Source of the DNA: a virus
Lineage: Duplodnaviria > Caudoviricetes
DNA: 64,000 nucleotides
Reading direction: 5' to 3' (one strand)
IMG/VR virus record: IMGVR_UViG_3300021400_000252
Shown: one piece after another, positions 29,387 through 43,468 of the stretch
Layout of the letters: each line of letters opens with the position of its first letter
How positions within the stretch are numbered: the stretch's first letter is position 1
Translations under genes and position numbers: made by a program
The notes under the pieces: generated by a model
The model's database searches: none
Told to the model about the DNA's origin: nothing
Seen by the model: only the letters and a program-made list of their open reading frames with translations

Positions 29387-31720
29387 ATGGCTCAAACTAA
29401 AAATAAAACCAATTATGTTAGAAATCTTAAAGGTTTAAGTACTGATACTAAACCTATTTATGATATACGTGGAAATGGTTCGACTTTTACAGAAATTGAT
29501 ACAGGAAATATTTATATATATAATGCTAATACTAAAACTTGGGTTCTAGATAAAGAAAATCCAAAATTACCTGAAGAACAAACATATAAAGGTATTAAGG
29601 AAATTGTAAAAGATCCAAATTATCCAACCGAAGACCATCCATTAACAGATAGATATATTATCAAATATACTAACGGTACTGAATATGACTTTTTCGTTAA
29701 TAACGGTGAAAAAGGTGATATTGGTGAACCTGGTAAAGATATGGATAAAGTTGTATTGCGATACAGCGAAAACGGTAAGGCTGACGGTCCATGAGCTGAT
29801 CAAAAGGTAGTTCAATGGAAACATAATTCATTACCAGATACTGACGAAAATTGGAATGATTTATTCCCAATTGCAACAATCTCTCAAGGATATAGTCCAC
29901 AAATCAATCCAACAACAGGACGTTGGATGATTCAAGAAGGTGGTCAAATAGTTGATTCAGATGTTTCAGCTTATCCACATGATTTAGAAATTAGAAAATC
30001 TGAAAATGAATTACAATATAGAGTAGTCGATCATGATGGAATCGCTATTACAGATTGGGTAACTTTTGCAAATACTCAAGATATTAAAGGTGATAGAGGT
30101 GTCGGTATTGTATCTGTAGAAAAAACAGCAACTGACGGATTAGTTGATACTTATACTATTACTTATTCTGATGAACATACTTCAACATTTAGTATAGTAA
30201 ATGGTGCACAAGGTGAACAAGGTCCTCAAGGTCAAAAAGGTGAAGCAGGTAATGGTATTTATGCTATAGATGTAGATTCTTATGATGAAGAAACAAGAAC
30301 TACAACATATAGAATAGTTTATACAAATCAAGATTATACAACATTTACTATTAAAGATGGTGAACCTGGTCCTAAAGGTGATAAAGGAGAAATTGGTCCT
30401 AAAACCATTTTCAGAGTTGAAGGCAATTATTTACAATACAAAGCTGAAAACGCATCTACGTGGGTTAATTTGATATCTATAGATCAAATTAAAGGTCCTA
30501 AAGGCGAAACAGGGGCGGATGGTAAAGACGGTATAAATGGTATTTCTGGTGTTGGAATCGTCAACATCGAAAAAATTAAGACTGTAGGTAAAATAGATAC
30601 TTATCAAATAAATTATACTGATGGTAGCTCAAATACATTTGATGTAGCTAATGGTGCAGATGGAACTAGTTTAGTTGGTATTAGCTGGTCTGAAGATAAA
30701 AAAACATTAATATTTGAATTATCAAATGAAGAAGAAATTAGAGTCGATTTTACAGATATTTCTAAAAATTTAATTAATGTAGATGATGGAGAAATTGGAC
30801 AAGTCTTAACTATTGTTGATGATGGTGATGGAAATAAAGTTATTGGATTCACAAATAAAACCGCTTATACTGGTACAAATGGAGTTACAGTAAATAATCA
30901 AGAGGTTAGTGCCGACTTAGACTATCTAAATGAACATCTTAAATATAATGGACAAGGTCCTATTAGAACTACTGTTGGTGGATTAACTTATGGTACTGAT
31001 ATTAATAATTGGACATTTAAAAAGTTATTAGATAAGATGTTATATCCTTATCAACCACCTCAAGCATTTAGCATTAAACTTCAACAAAACGTTTATGAGA
31101 TTGGTGAAACTCCTTCTCAAACACTTTCATCAATCCAATTTTCAAAAAGAGATGGAACTGATCCAATTAATAAATTGAAAGTTAAATATCGTAAAACACT
31201 TAATGACGCTTACACATATATTTATGGTGCTAAAAATGATGAAGATGAATATATTGATGATTTTGGTCCATACGCTAATTCTATAACAATTGAACCAATA
31301 ACATTTGAACAAAGACGTGTACCTGGAAATTATGATTGGTTCTATTCAACAGTATCTGATGGAACAAATCAGCTTTCTGCTAGTGTAAATGTTAATGCAT
31401 TTACTGTTTATGACTATTATAAAATAGTTGATACTGGTGAAGAATTCACTCCAACTAGTTTAATAAGAATTAGTACTGATGGTGAGACATCTATTAATAT
31501 TGAAGACGGAAAAACAATTTATTATTTATCAAAAACAAATGGTACTTTAAAAACATATGATGAATTTGCTGGTCAATTCTTAGAATTAGAAGATGATGGA
31601 CAATTTTATCACAAAGTTGGTACTAGTGAAATTACCCTTCAAAGTGGATTAACTAACCAAACTTATTATGTACATAAATTCACTCCATTAGTTGGAGATT
31701 CATTTAAATTTAAGATTTAA
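29387..31720 (+). CDS. Collagen-repeat fibre protein, 777 aa (TGA 29792-29794 read through)
   Basis: Gly-X-Y runs and GLVDTYTI modules; the pieces join in frame; class B motif at 29338-29346. Confidence 0.85.
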
Positions 31721-31745
31721 GATTAATGTAAAGGAGTAAAGCAAT

Positions 31746-34700
31746 ATGGCTATTAAAATAACTCAAAATCTTACAAATAACTCTACAGGTTATGTAGCTG
31801 ACGCAAGAGAAATAAAAGGAACATATGTCGTAGTTGAAAAAAAGACCAACTTAAAGACTCTTTCAAGTAAGGTTTTAGTTGACGGCGTTCTTGCTTATGT
31901 TAGTGAAGAAAAGAAAACTTATAGATATAGCTATAGTAAACAAGATTGGTTTGAAGAACACAATACAGGTGTTAAATCTCTTGAGATTATAACTGAAAAT
32001 GATACACCTATTTTATATTTAACATTAGAAGACGGAAGTCATATTTCTTGTGTTTTAGATCAAATTAAAGGTCCTCAAGGCGAAACAGGAGCAACTGGTC
32101 CACAAGGTGAGACTGGTGCTACTGGTCCACAAGGTGAGACTGGTGCTACTGGTCCTCAAGGCGCTACTGGTCCTCAAGGAGCAACAGGTGCTACAGGTCC
32201 AAGAGGTGAAAACTGGAGAATTGATTTTAAGGTAAGTTCTTATGAAGAATTATCTAAACTTTCTCCACTATTATACCAAAACGCTATTATTTTAACAACA
32301 GATAGAACTGATTCTCATTATGGGGATGTTTATACTTATACTACAACTGGTTGGACATTTGTAGTTAATATGTCTTCAGCAGTTCAAGGTCCTGCTGGTG
32401 CTACTGGTTTAACAGGTGCTACCGGTGATAAAGGTGATAAAGGTATTGGAATTGATAATATAACTTTAAGTGAAATTAAAGTTGACGGATCTGGAAAACA
32501 ATATCAAGACTTAATTATTACATTTACAGAACCTATTGATGGTGAACTTACTAGAACATTAAAAGTATATAGTGGTCCAAAAGGCGATCAAGGTGAACCA
32601 GGTGCCACTGGTTTACGTGGTGATGATGGTCTTAACGGTGTTGGTATTAGCGATATTCAATATGTCGAAGATGTAGAACACCAAGATGGAATATATCGTG
32701 TATATCAAATTATTTTAACAAATAATAAAACTCAAAACATTGAATTAAAACAAGGTACTGATGGTATTGGTGTTAGTTCAATAAGTGAAATAATAAATCA
32801 AGATGGTGATCATGAAGTAACAATTATATTATCTAATGATCATAAAACTACTTTCTTAGTTCATAACGGTAAAGATGGTAAAGATGGTATAAATGGTACT
32901 AATGGTAGGGATGGTATCGATGGTATCACTCCACATATTGGTGAAAATGGTAATTGGTACTTCGGTCAACAGGATACCAATATTCGAGCTGAAGGAACTG
33001 ATGGTGAAACTCCACATATTGACGACGAAACAGGACATTGGTTTATCGGAACTAAAGATACAGGAGTTAGTGCTCAAGGCCCTAAAGGTGATAGTATCTT
33101 AAGAATAGAAGCAGTACAATCTGAAGATAATACTTTATTAAAATATCGTGTTATCTACGGTATAAGAGACGACTCTGGTGAAACTGTTACTGGCTCTGGA
33201 ATTTTTATGCTACCAGCTCCAGTAAGTATCTCTAAAGTTGTAGAAGATATAAATTATCAACATAACTATTCAAAAAAATATGATGGTTATTTTTCAAATA
33301 ATAAGTCACAAATTCCAGACTTCTCATTTATCGTTGAAGATGGACGTAATATTGAATTAAGAATAGGTAATGTTGATGTTAGTGAAAATGGTAATGTTGT
33401 TACTAAGAGAGTAATTCAATGAGCTGTTGTAGCTGATGATGGTGAAGTACAAACTTGGAATGATTTAGTTGCAATAGATGACTTAAAAGGTGATAAAGGT
33501 GAAACAGGAGCAACTGGTCCTCAAGGTGATTCATTCTCTGGTGTTAATGTTACAACTTTACCTGTTGGTTCTGCTTATGATGCATTAGGAATAAGACATA
33601 AATATGTTATTACTCCAAAAATTAAACATGGAGATGGAACAGAAGAACCAGCTCAAAATACGATTACTGTCAACGACGGTGCTTATTTCCTTCCATATGT
33701 TGATACAGATAAAGGAACAATCAAGTTAGCTGAAAACGGATGTAAATCATCTACAGATAAAACATTATATACATTATTTGATCTTAGAGGTCCAGGTTTA
33801 TCTTCTATTGAAGGATTAGAGCAATATACAACTCTATCTCCAGAAGAACTTGAACAAGCAGAGTCTGAAGAAGTATTATTTTATAAGAAAATAAAATTTG
33901 TTTATGATTATGTTGGTTCAGATGGACATCCAGCATATAAAGTAATTAATATTCCAACAATCAAAGGTGAAAAAGGTGCAACCGGTGCAACTGGTGAAAA
34001 AGGTGCAACCGGTGCTACAGGTGCTACTGGTCCTAGAGGTGACGCTCCTCAAGTTTATGTGACTACTCATCATCTTGCTAATTCTAAATATCCAACATTT
34101 GATGATTTAACAAATCAAGTAATTGAAACAGTAACAGCAGATAGAATGTTAAATGCATTAGTTATTAATGAATTAGGTGATTTATTCTCAGTTGTCAAGT
34201 CATTCTACAAATATAATGAGAATAATAAAACTTGGGAAATAGTTGTTACTCAAGATGAATATCAAAATAATCCAGGTAGATATTTAAACTTTATTAAGAA
34301 TTTAGTAGGTGACCGTGGTGATAGTATATTAAGTGTCGATGTTTCAGATATAAATCTTGAAACTATGACTACGACTATTACTGTTAATTATGAACATACA
34401 GATGGAAGTGGTGTTAAGAGAGAAGAATCAGTATCATTCCCAATTCAAAACGTAGTTCCTCCTACTTTTAAAGTTGATCAAGCAACAGATGCTATAGTAT
34501 ATGAATATACTGTTGGTGAAGAGACATCAGGTCCAAAAAAACTTATTTCATTAAGTGAACTTCGTGGTGCTACAGGTCCAAAAGGTAAAGATGGTAGCCA
34601 TTTAATAGAACCTACATATGTAAGTTATGATTCTAAATATGACTATGAACAAGACCCATCTAAACCATATTCAGCTGATTTAATAAATGGTGGTCTTAAA

Positions 34701-37700
34701 GTAAAATTTCAACAACAATCTGGTACTGAAACTCCAACAGATGTCGGTACAATTAATATTCGAAACGGTCGTAGTGTTGCAGCCGTTAGAGAAGATCGTT
34801 CATCTGATGCAACAACAGGAAAATCTTGGAGTAAAGTTAGTTTCGTAGGTAGTGATAATACTGTTATTGGTACTGCAACTATTTATGATGGTGAACCTGG
34901 TAGACCTGGTGATCCAGGTCCTACTGGTTATAGTGTTAAAAAGTTAGATCTTAATGTTGATTATAAATTAGAAGATAATAAATTTAAGACTAAATTTGTT
35001 ATTAATGCTAAGGTTGGTGACCCAAGTATTACTGGTTATGAACAAGATACTGATTATAGTACATCAAGTAATTTTATTTCAATGCCAGAAGTAGAAATCC
35101 AAGATGGTGCAGATATTGAAGTTGAAGGAATCAGTGCTGGTTCTATTTATTGGAGAATTATAACTCATATAGATGGTAGTGCTGATTCAGTAAGTGAATG
35201 GAAAGAATTATGTACTAAAAATGATGTACGTGGATTTAGTGTAAAGAATATTGGTAAACCAACTCAATCTAGTCCATTAGTATTTAGCTTCCCTGTTTAT
35301 AGAGAGGATGTCGATCCAAATGCACAAAAAGAAATCGGAACAATTGACTTAGACTTCTCTCCATATTTAGAATATTTAAGAGGTGTTAAAGGTGATTCAG
35401 TTGTTGGTGTAACAGCTGGTACTGCTACTTATGCAAATGGAATAACTAATACTCCTATTACATTTAAAGTTAATGTTACTAATGCTGATGGTACAACAAC
35501 TCCAAAGACTTTAGATCCAATTAATATTAGTGCTCAAGATGGTAGAAGTATTAAGAGAATTGATGCTGGTAGATTAGATGGAACTAAACAATATTTTGAT
35601 ATTATTTTCGATAGAGCAGATGAACAAGGTTCTACTACTAAGAAAGACGCTTTCTATATTGAAAGTCCAGATCAAATCGAGTTAGCATTTAGAACTATTG
35701 ATGGTCAAGAAGTATTATGTTGGAAATATAAAATGACAGATCCAAATGATCCTGAAAGCTGGCATCAAATTTGTTCAAAAGCATCTTTAAGAGGTGTAGG
35801 TATTCGTGAAATTACTACTGGTACTCCAGTTGATGACGCAAATTATACTACAACTCCATTAATTATAACTTATACAGATTCTACTGTAAACAGAGCTTTA
35901 TCAATTAAAGCTTATAGAGGAAAAGATGGTAGAGGCATCAAATCTATTGAATTAGATGATGACCAAAGTGGATTACTACCAAATCAACATGCATATAAAT
36001 TAATACTAGAAGACGACAGTGAATTAGATGAACGAATCATTGTCACTGATGGTGAAGATGGTGAAGATGGTAGAGAAATCGAATTAGGTATTAATAATGA
36101 ATATATCACTTGGAAGTATACAGATGAAGGAATATTCCGTCAATTAGTATCTCTTGAATCATTAAGAGGAGATAGTATTACAAATATTTCTGTAACTGAT
36201 ACTACTTATGATGAATCAACTCATGATTATACTTATGAAATAACTGTTCAATATTCTAGAAAAGCTGCAGATAAATTCTATATTAAGACTAGACGTGGTG
36301 AAACTGGTAATGGTATTGAATCAATAGAAAAATTAGGTTCTTCTGGATTAGTTGATACATATCAAATTAATTTCACTGACGATCAAGCTCAAAGTGTTAC
36401 ATTTGATATAACTAATGCAAAGAGTATTGTAAGTATAACACCACCACAAGTAATTGATCAAACTTCTGGTGCTGAGAATATTTATACAATTAATTTCAAT
36501 GATGGTACAAATAGACAATTCTCAATTTTTAATGGTAAGAAGGGTGAAAAAGGTTCTAGCATTATTAGCTTCAACTCAGGAACTCCAGTTGAAGAAGAAA
36601 TTGATGGAGATCTTTATACAAAAACTCCAGTAGAAGTTTATTTAAGTGATTCAGACCAACCACTTCCAATGGAAGTATTTGCTAAACGTGGTCTAGATGG
36701 ACGTGGTATTACTAGTGTTACTAAAAATACTGCTAAATCAACAAAATATAATAATGTATATGATATTAATTTCTCAGATGGTCAAATTCAACAAGAAGCT
36801 TTCGAAATTAAAGATGGAAGTGGTATTAAAAAGGTTGAATTAGTTGGTACATTTGATGATGAGTCAGGTGCAACAAATACTTATGAAATTACATATGATG
36901 ATGAAGAAAAAACACCATTCAGATTTGATGTAAAGAATGGTAAAAAAGGTGAGAAAGGTGCATCAGGCACTAAGATCACTGGATTCCAAAATATAAGTAC
37001 AACTCTTAAAGATAATAATACTACTATAGTAAATAATATTAAAGTATTATATGATGATGGTGCTTCTGGAACTCTTCAATTAGAAGCTAAAAACGGTAAA
37101 TCAATTGAGAGAATCTCTGTTAAAGAAGGTTCATCTCAAACAGATTTAACAACAACTTATGAAGCATCATTTACAGATATAAATAATCAAAAAGTTGTAG
37201 TTGGTGAATTCACAGTTAAAAATGGTCTTCCGATTGAAGTATCAGTAAGAACTGAAAATCAAAAGAAGATTTTAACTTATAATTATGCTGGAAAAACTGA
37301 ATATACAAAGATTTGTGATCTAGATGATTTAAGAGGTCGTGGAATCCAAAGTATTACAGCTACAAGCATTTCAACTGAAACTGATGGAAATAGAACATAT
37401 ACAGTTAATAATTATACTATTAATTATAATGATGGTAGTTCTACACCATTTAGTGTAAAAGCTGAAAAAGGTTCAATTGGAGCTACAGGAGCTACCGGAG
37501 CAACTGGTGCTACCGGAGCTACCGGAGCAACAGGTGCTACAGGTGTAAGTATTACAAGCGTTACACTTGATCCAACAACAGCAAATAAACGTGAAAAAGT
37601 TTATAATATTAATTACGATAGTGGTGAACCAGATCAAATAACTATTAAAGATGGTCAAAATGTTGAATTACAAAAATCAGATAATGATATGATTCAATGG

Positions 37701-40373
37701 AGACCAAAACCAGATACTGAAGGAATTACTACAGGTTGGAGAGATTTAATAGATGTATCTGATCTACAAGGTCCTAGAGGTTTTGATTTTATTTATCGAT
37801 GGGATGGAACTAAATTAGCTGTCGGTGATTCAAACACTGGTTTAGGTAATTATGTAGATTTACGTGGTGCAACTGGTGAAACAGGTGCTACTGGTTTAAC
37901 AGGATCTACCGGAGCTACAGGTGCTACAGGTGCTACAGGACCTGCAGGTAAACCATTTACAATTGACCATGTAATCCATATTGCAAAAGCAAATGCAGTT
38001 GATAAAACAATGGCTCAATTTAAACGTTATATCGAAGATTTAATTAGTGGATATGAGGATATAGATACTTACTATAGATCATATATATTAATTACTATTG
38101 ACGATGAAAACGGACAACCAGCAATAGATGTAAATCATAATGCTGAAATTTGGTATATAGATGAAAATGCAAAAGCCTTAATGGTAACAGATTTATCTGG
38201 TGCTCAAGGTATTGAAGGTCCACAAGGTGCTACAGGTGCAACTGGTTTAACTGGTGCAACCGGTGCTACCGGTGCAACAGGAGCAACCGGTTTAACCGGT
38301 GCTACAGGTGCGACTGGTGTTGGAATTAAAGATATTAGAAATCTTGGTCCAGATGCAACTTATCCAAATCAACATAAATATGAATTAATTTTCGATAATA
38401 ATACTACATATACTTACACAGTTTTAGATGGTAGTACTATTGTAGATATTTCAAAAACTAAAACAGAAGGTTTAGTAGACACATATACTATAACACTTAG
38501 TGATGGTGGAACTAAAACATTCACAGTAACTAATGGAGAAAAAGGTGACACAGGTGCTACTGGTGCAACAGGAGCAACTGGTGTAAGTGTTCAAGATATC
38601 ATTGATTATGGTATGGATGAAACAGTTGGAAATAAGCATAATTATGCATTAGAACTAACTGATGGAAATGAATTACCTTATTCTGTTCTAGATGGAACTA
38701 GTATATTAAGTATTACTAAGACAGCAAGTGATCCAGCTACTAGAATTGATACATATACAATTCAATATTCAGATAATACTACTTCAACATTTACTATTAC
38801 AAATGGTTTCGAAATAGAGTTTAGAATTTCAGGTAGTCTTTCTCAAGGAATTGATACTCGAAAATTACAATATAGAGAAGCTAAGTACGGTGTTGGTGAT
38901 GAAGAAATAGGTTGGAAAGATCTATTTAGTTTATCAACATTAAAAGGTGAAACCGGTGCTACAGGTGCTACAGGTCCACAAGGTCATAGTATTACTTCAG
39001 TTGAGTTAACAAGTACTTCTGCAGATGGATTAACTAAGACTTATACTATTAAAAATGATATTGATAATATTATTGGTACATTCAGTGTTAGTGATGGTAA
39101 AATTCCTGAATTAAGAAAAACACAAACTCACGTTCAATGGAAATATTCTAATGAAGGTGAAAATAGTTGGAATAACTTAATTCCATTAACAGATCTTAAG
39201 GGTGATCGTGGTATTGGTATTGCTAGTATAACAAAAACTAGTACTTCAGGATTAGTTGATACTTATACAATTACATTTGATGATTCTTCTACAACAACAT
39301 TTGAAGTTTCAAATGGTAAAAACCCAGAAATAACAATTGATCCAACAACTAAACATTGGATGATTGATGGTGTAGATTCTCAAATTGTTGCTGAAGGTAA
39401 AGATGGTATTGATCCACATATTGATCCAACAACTGGAAATTGGTTTATTGGAAACACTGATACTGGAACTCATGCTCAAGGTCCTCAAGGCGAAACAGGA
39501 GCAACTGGTCCTCAAGGTGATAAAGGTGAGACTGGAGATAACATTGAATTAAGAGTTGATAACGAAAAGTTACAATGGAAAGCTACTTCAGATGATACTT
39601 GGTCTGATTTAGATTATGATTTCAATGCTGATAAGATTTTATATACTTGTGCGATACCTACAACAGAAAAAGTTGGTGGTATTAAAGCAAACACAACATT
39701 TAATAAAACACCAGTTTCAGATATTTTATTTGATATGTTCCATCCATATAAACCATTTACTATTAGTTCTTACGATTTACAAACATCTTCTAATGCTAAT
39801 ATAAATACTAGCGTAGAGATTGGTACTGAACGAATTGCAAGTAAATTAAAGATTACTTGGACAAATGGTTCAAAAGCTGTAACAACCTTAAAATATAAAA
39901 TAGGAAGCGGAAGTGAAATTACTTATGACGGTGATTTAAGTAGTCAAAGTGTTACAATCAATTTTGATGAAGCAATCACATTACCAAATGATCCTTATTC
40001 ATTTACAGTTACATTAAGTGATGGTGAAACAACTCCTACTAATACTAAAACTTATTCTGTTGTGTATAATGTATATTATACAGTTATGAGCGATCCAAGC
40101 GATCTTCCAGATAAAGCTACAAACTTAAGTATTGGTAATGGAACATCAATCACAACTCAAAATAATACCTACATTGTTTACTTTGTTCCAAATGATAAGA
40201 TAGTTTCAACTATTAAAGAAAAAACTCAATTAGATGCTAGTGGTTGGGCTTCACTTGATACAACTTCTCTTGGAAGTATTTCACTTGAAAATAAAGCTGG
40301 ATATGTTTCTACTTATAAAGTATACAGAGGTCCAAAAATGACCGCAAATACTGGAACTTATAAGATAGTATAG
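31746..40373 (+). CDS. Giant collagen-repeat fibre protein, 2875 aa (TGA 33420-33422 read through)
   Basis: Frame open from 33423 to 34059 with collagen content; many (GAT)n runs and repeated QW..W.DL and DTYTI modules. Confidence 0.9.
32068..32210 (+). repeat. Collagen-coding tandem repeat (GPQGETGAT)n; a 34-nt exact copy recurs at 39478-39511
   Basis: aaggtcctcaaggcgaaacaggagcaactggtcc at 32068 and 39478. Confidence 0.85.
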
Positions 40374-40388
40374 TAAAGGAGAATAAAT

Positions 40389-41168
40389 ATGGCAGAAGTT
40401 AAAGTAGGATTTCAACTTGGCTCAAGCTTAGCATCAAAACATTTACTTGATGCTCAATATATTAAAGGTACATACACAGTGGTTAATTCATTGGAAGAGC
40501 GTAATGCTCTTCCTATAGCCACAGTAGATAATGATGGTGTAATCCTTAAAGGTTCATTAGTTTATGTTATAAGCGAAGAAATTTTATATATTTATAATGG
40601 ATCAGAATATGAAGAACTAGAGCTTGGTGGCGGTGGTAATAGTAAATATCTTTATTTTGATAAAACAACAAATAAAGTTTATATACAAGATGAAAATGAA
40701 GAACCTGTTGAATTAAGTGAAGTTTTAAACTTAATTTCCGAAATGGAAACATTAAAAACTAATGTTCAAACTTTAGATAATAAAATTGAATCTGGTATAA
40801 CTAAGTATGAACTATTAGAAAATACTGAAACTTATACATTAAATATGGTTTATAATCATGTATATACTTGTAAAAATGCTATGACTAGTTTTAATATTAT
40901 TCTTCCAAAAGAAATGAAAACTAAAATAGGATTTTTAACAGAAGTTATTTTTAAAGGTATTATTAATCCAAATAATGTAAAAATAAATATTGTTAAAGAC
41001 GATTCAACTGGAGTTGAAGAATTTAAAAATTTAATTTATTATAATTATGGACGCATTGAGAATTCTTTAGATTTTGATGTTAATAGTAATAATACTATTG
41101 ATTTAATTTTTGGATATGATGGAATAAATTATTGTTGTTATATTACTCAATACAATAAAGACTTCTAG
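40389..41168 (+). CDS. Fibre-associated protein sharing its N-terminal module with 31746
   Basis: DAQYIKGTYTVV...GSLVYV versus [12 protein letters not shown]...GVLAYV. Confidence 0.75.
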   Translation: MAEVKVGFQLGSSLASKHLLDAQYIKGTYTVVNSLEERNALPIATVDNDGVILKGSLVYVISEEILYIYNGSEYEELELGGGGNSKYLYFDKTTNKVYIQDENEEPVELSEVLNLISEMETLKTNVQTLDNKIESGITKYELLENTETYTLNMVYNHVYTCKNAMTSFNIILPKEMKTKIGFLTEVIFKGIINPNNVKINIVKDDSTGVEEFKNLIYYNYGRIENSLDFDVNSNNTIDLIFGYDGINYCCYITQYNKDF

Positions 41169-41177
41169 GAGACATCT

Positions 41178-42650
41178 ATGAATGCTCTTGAATTTCGATT
41201 ACTATTATATAAAAAGCAAAATTATAGTTATACATTCTTTAAATTAGGAATGTCTGAGATTTTATCTTTCGTCGAAAAACTTAGAGTTGATGTTTACGAT
41301 GAAGATAAAATTGTAAAAGTTTATTGTGCTGATCAAAACACTTTAGATACTTGTTATCAAGCTGCAATTAGTGTAGTTTCTTATCAACCAATTATTATTG
41401 ATAAAACTAATATAAAATTAGTTTCAAAAAATACTGCTGAACTTGCAACACCATATCCATCTTATATCGATGGTACAAGTAATTGTGATATAAAAACTGC
41501 AGATTTTGTTCAGATATATACTTTAGAAAAATCATTAATAAATCCATTAACAGCTCAAACTTTAAAATTTAATTTTAATTCAGGATTAAGTGCTGGTGGT
41601 GTTATTTTTCCAGAAGATTGTCAAAGTCTAACTCCTGGACTTGTTCTTGGAGCCAAAGATAAATTTACTATGACTTTAGATGATGTTGGTAATATTGCAA
41701 TGTTTTTAGTTGGAAATTTAATTAGTGATATTCAAAGTTCTAATTGTAGTATTCATATAACTGGTGTTACAACATTAAACGGAAACTTACAAATGGATAT
41801 AACTTCAATAGTATCTACAATGAATGTTGTTACACCACGTACGATTGATGCTTGTTATCTTAAAGTTGATGAAAAATTATCAGCAATAATTTCTTGGGCA
41901 AGTGCCGTAAATCCTGAAAAAATTAACGATCCAATAGACACACTTTCAGCAAAATTAATAAACTTAGAACCAATTTTAGTTACAGACGGTGGAAAAACTA
42001 ATTTTAAACCACAAACAAAAACTACTCTTTGTTTAGAAGATTTACAAAAAATTGGTACATTTATTGGAATGCAACCTGTAAGATATACGACTTATGTTAG
42101 AAGTGTTATTGAAGATGGTACTAATTTAATAAAATTATTTAAGAGTCTTATTAATAATACTGTAGTTCAAGCAACATGTTCTTTAGCTGTTATTGGACAA
42201 TTAATAATAAATATTAATCAAAAATTATTAAGTTTTAAATTGAGTTCAAATGTTTCAATTAAAGATCCGATTAAATTAACAGTAAAAGATAAAACACAAG
42301 AAGATTTACAATCTGAATTAATTATTCCAACATTAAATGTATTTTCAGGTAAAGCTATGAATGGAGATTATTTATCCATGTCTCTATTCATTCATGACAA
42401 ACGAGATTCAATTCGAGGAAATATCAATAATGATTTAGGAATATCAGCTAAAATATTTATATCAGATGAAATATATAACACTAAAACAATATTAATGAAA
42501 ACAAAGGTTAAAACTGAGATTTTAAGAGCTAGACCAATGTTTTTAAAAGATTTAGAAAATTATAAGCTAAATTATATAGATAATATGTATGATGAAATCT
42601 ATGAGACTGATTGAACATCTCTCGAAAATTTATCATACTATATATTATAA
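41178..42650 (+). CDS. Hypothetical structural protein (TGA 42612-42614 probably read through)
   Basis: AGGAG RBS; read-through adds WTSLENLSYYIL up to TAA 42648-42650. Confidence 0.7.
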
Positions 42651-42684
42651 TAAATATTATAAAAATATTAGGAGAAAAAATAAA

Positions 42685-43431
42685 ATGATTTGTCGTGCAT
42701 ATTTACAAAAACTAATGAGAACATTATTAGGAAATGGTAGTAGCAGCAGTTTTACACCTTATATCGCATTATTTAAACTTGATCCAACACTTAATTCAAG
42801 TGGATATTATGTAATGAGTGGTGAGCCTGAAACTAGTAAAGGATATCAAAGATACGTTTATTCTTATACATTTGATACTACTGTACAAGATACTATCGTT
42901 GCTTACAATACTAATACTATTTATTTTGATGAAGCAACTGCAGATTGGACAAGCGATGCAGCTTTAAAATATTTCGGTTTATGTGAAAGCAGCACAGCAT
43001 CTAATTGCTTTGCTTATGGTGAATTATTAGATGGTGATGGTAATCCAACAACTATTTTAGTTAACAAAGGACAATTACCTATTATTCGTAAGAATATGTT
43101 AAAAATCCAATTCAGTGAAAATGTAGCTCCAAAATATTCAGTTACATTAAGAGCTGGTGAAAATGAAGGAGCTGTAGAAATTTCAAGAATTGGATTATAT
43201 GCATTCCCATCTTTATCAACATTTGCAGATCCTGGTCAAGCATCTATGCGTGCTAAGATTGCTGAATTAGAAGCTGCATTACCTGAAGGTCAATATGAAG
43301 CTTGGGATGGAACTTGGATTAAGAGTGGAGATTCAAGTGAAACTCCAACAATCTATCATGCTGGTGATGCTTTAGCTGCTGATGGAGTATTCGTTCCATA
43401 CTTTGTTAAAGTACAAGCAGAACAAGAATAA
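42685..43431 (+). CDS. Phage tail protein
   Basis: YIALF...GYQR...FDEATADW..YFGL pattern; AGGAG RBS before ATG 42685. Confidence 0.65.
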   Translation: MICRAYLQKLMRTLLGNGSSSSFTPYIALFKLDPTLNSSGYYVMSGEPETSKGYQRYVYSYTFDTTVQDTIVAYNTNTIYFDEATADWTSDAALKYFGLCESSTASNCFAYGELLDGDGNPTTILVNKGQLPIIRKNMLKIQFSENVAPKYSVTLRAGENEGAVEISRIGLYAFPSLSTFADPGQASMRAKIAELEAALPEGQYEAWDGTWIKSGDSSETPTIYHAGDALAADGVFVPYFVKVQAEQE

Positions 43432-43440
43432 AAAAAAAAT

Positions 43441-43467
43441 AAAAGAGGTCAAATGACCTCTTTTTTT
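43441..43467. terminator. Bidirectional terminator at the convergence of the two gene blocks
   Basis: AAAAGAGGTCA-aa-TGACCTCTTTTTTT. Confidence 0.85.
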
Positions 43468-43468
43468 A

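Noticed and set aside
33420-33422. TGA as selenocysteine or glycine (code 25)
   Set aside because: The position aligns with Trp in internal repeats, and other sites are aromatic or hydrophobic slots rather than catalytic Cys positions
32068-39535. CRISPR-like or DGR-like repeats
   Set aside because: The repeats are in-frame collagen codons without unique spacers; no reverse transcriptase or adenine-variable repeat pair was seen
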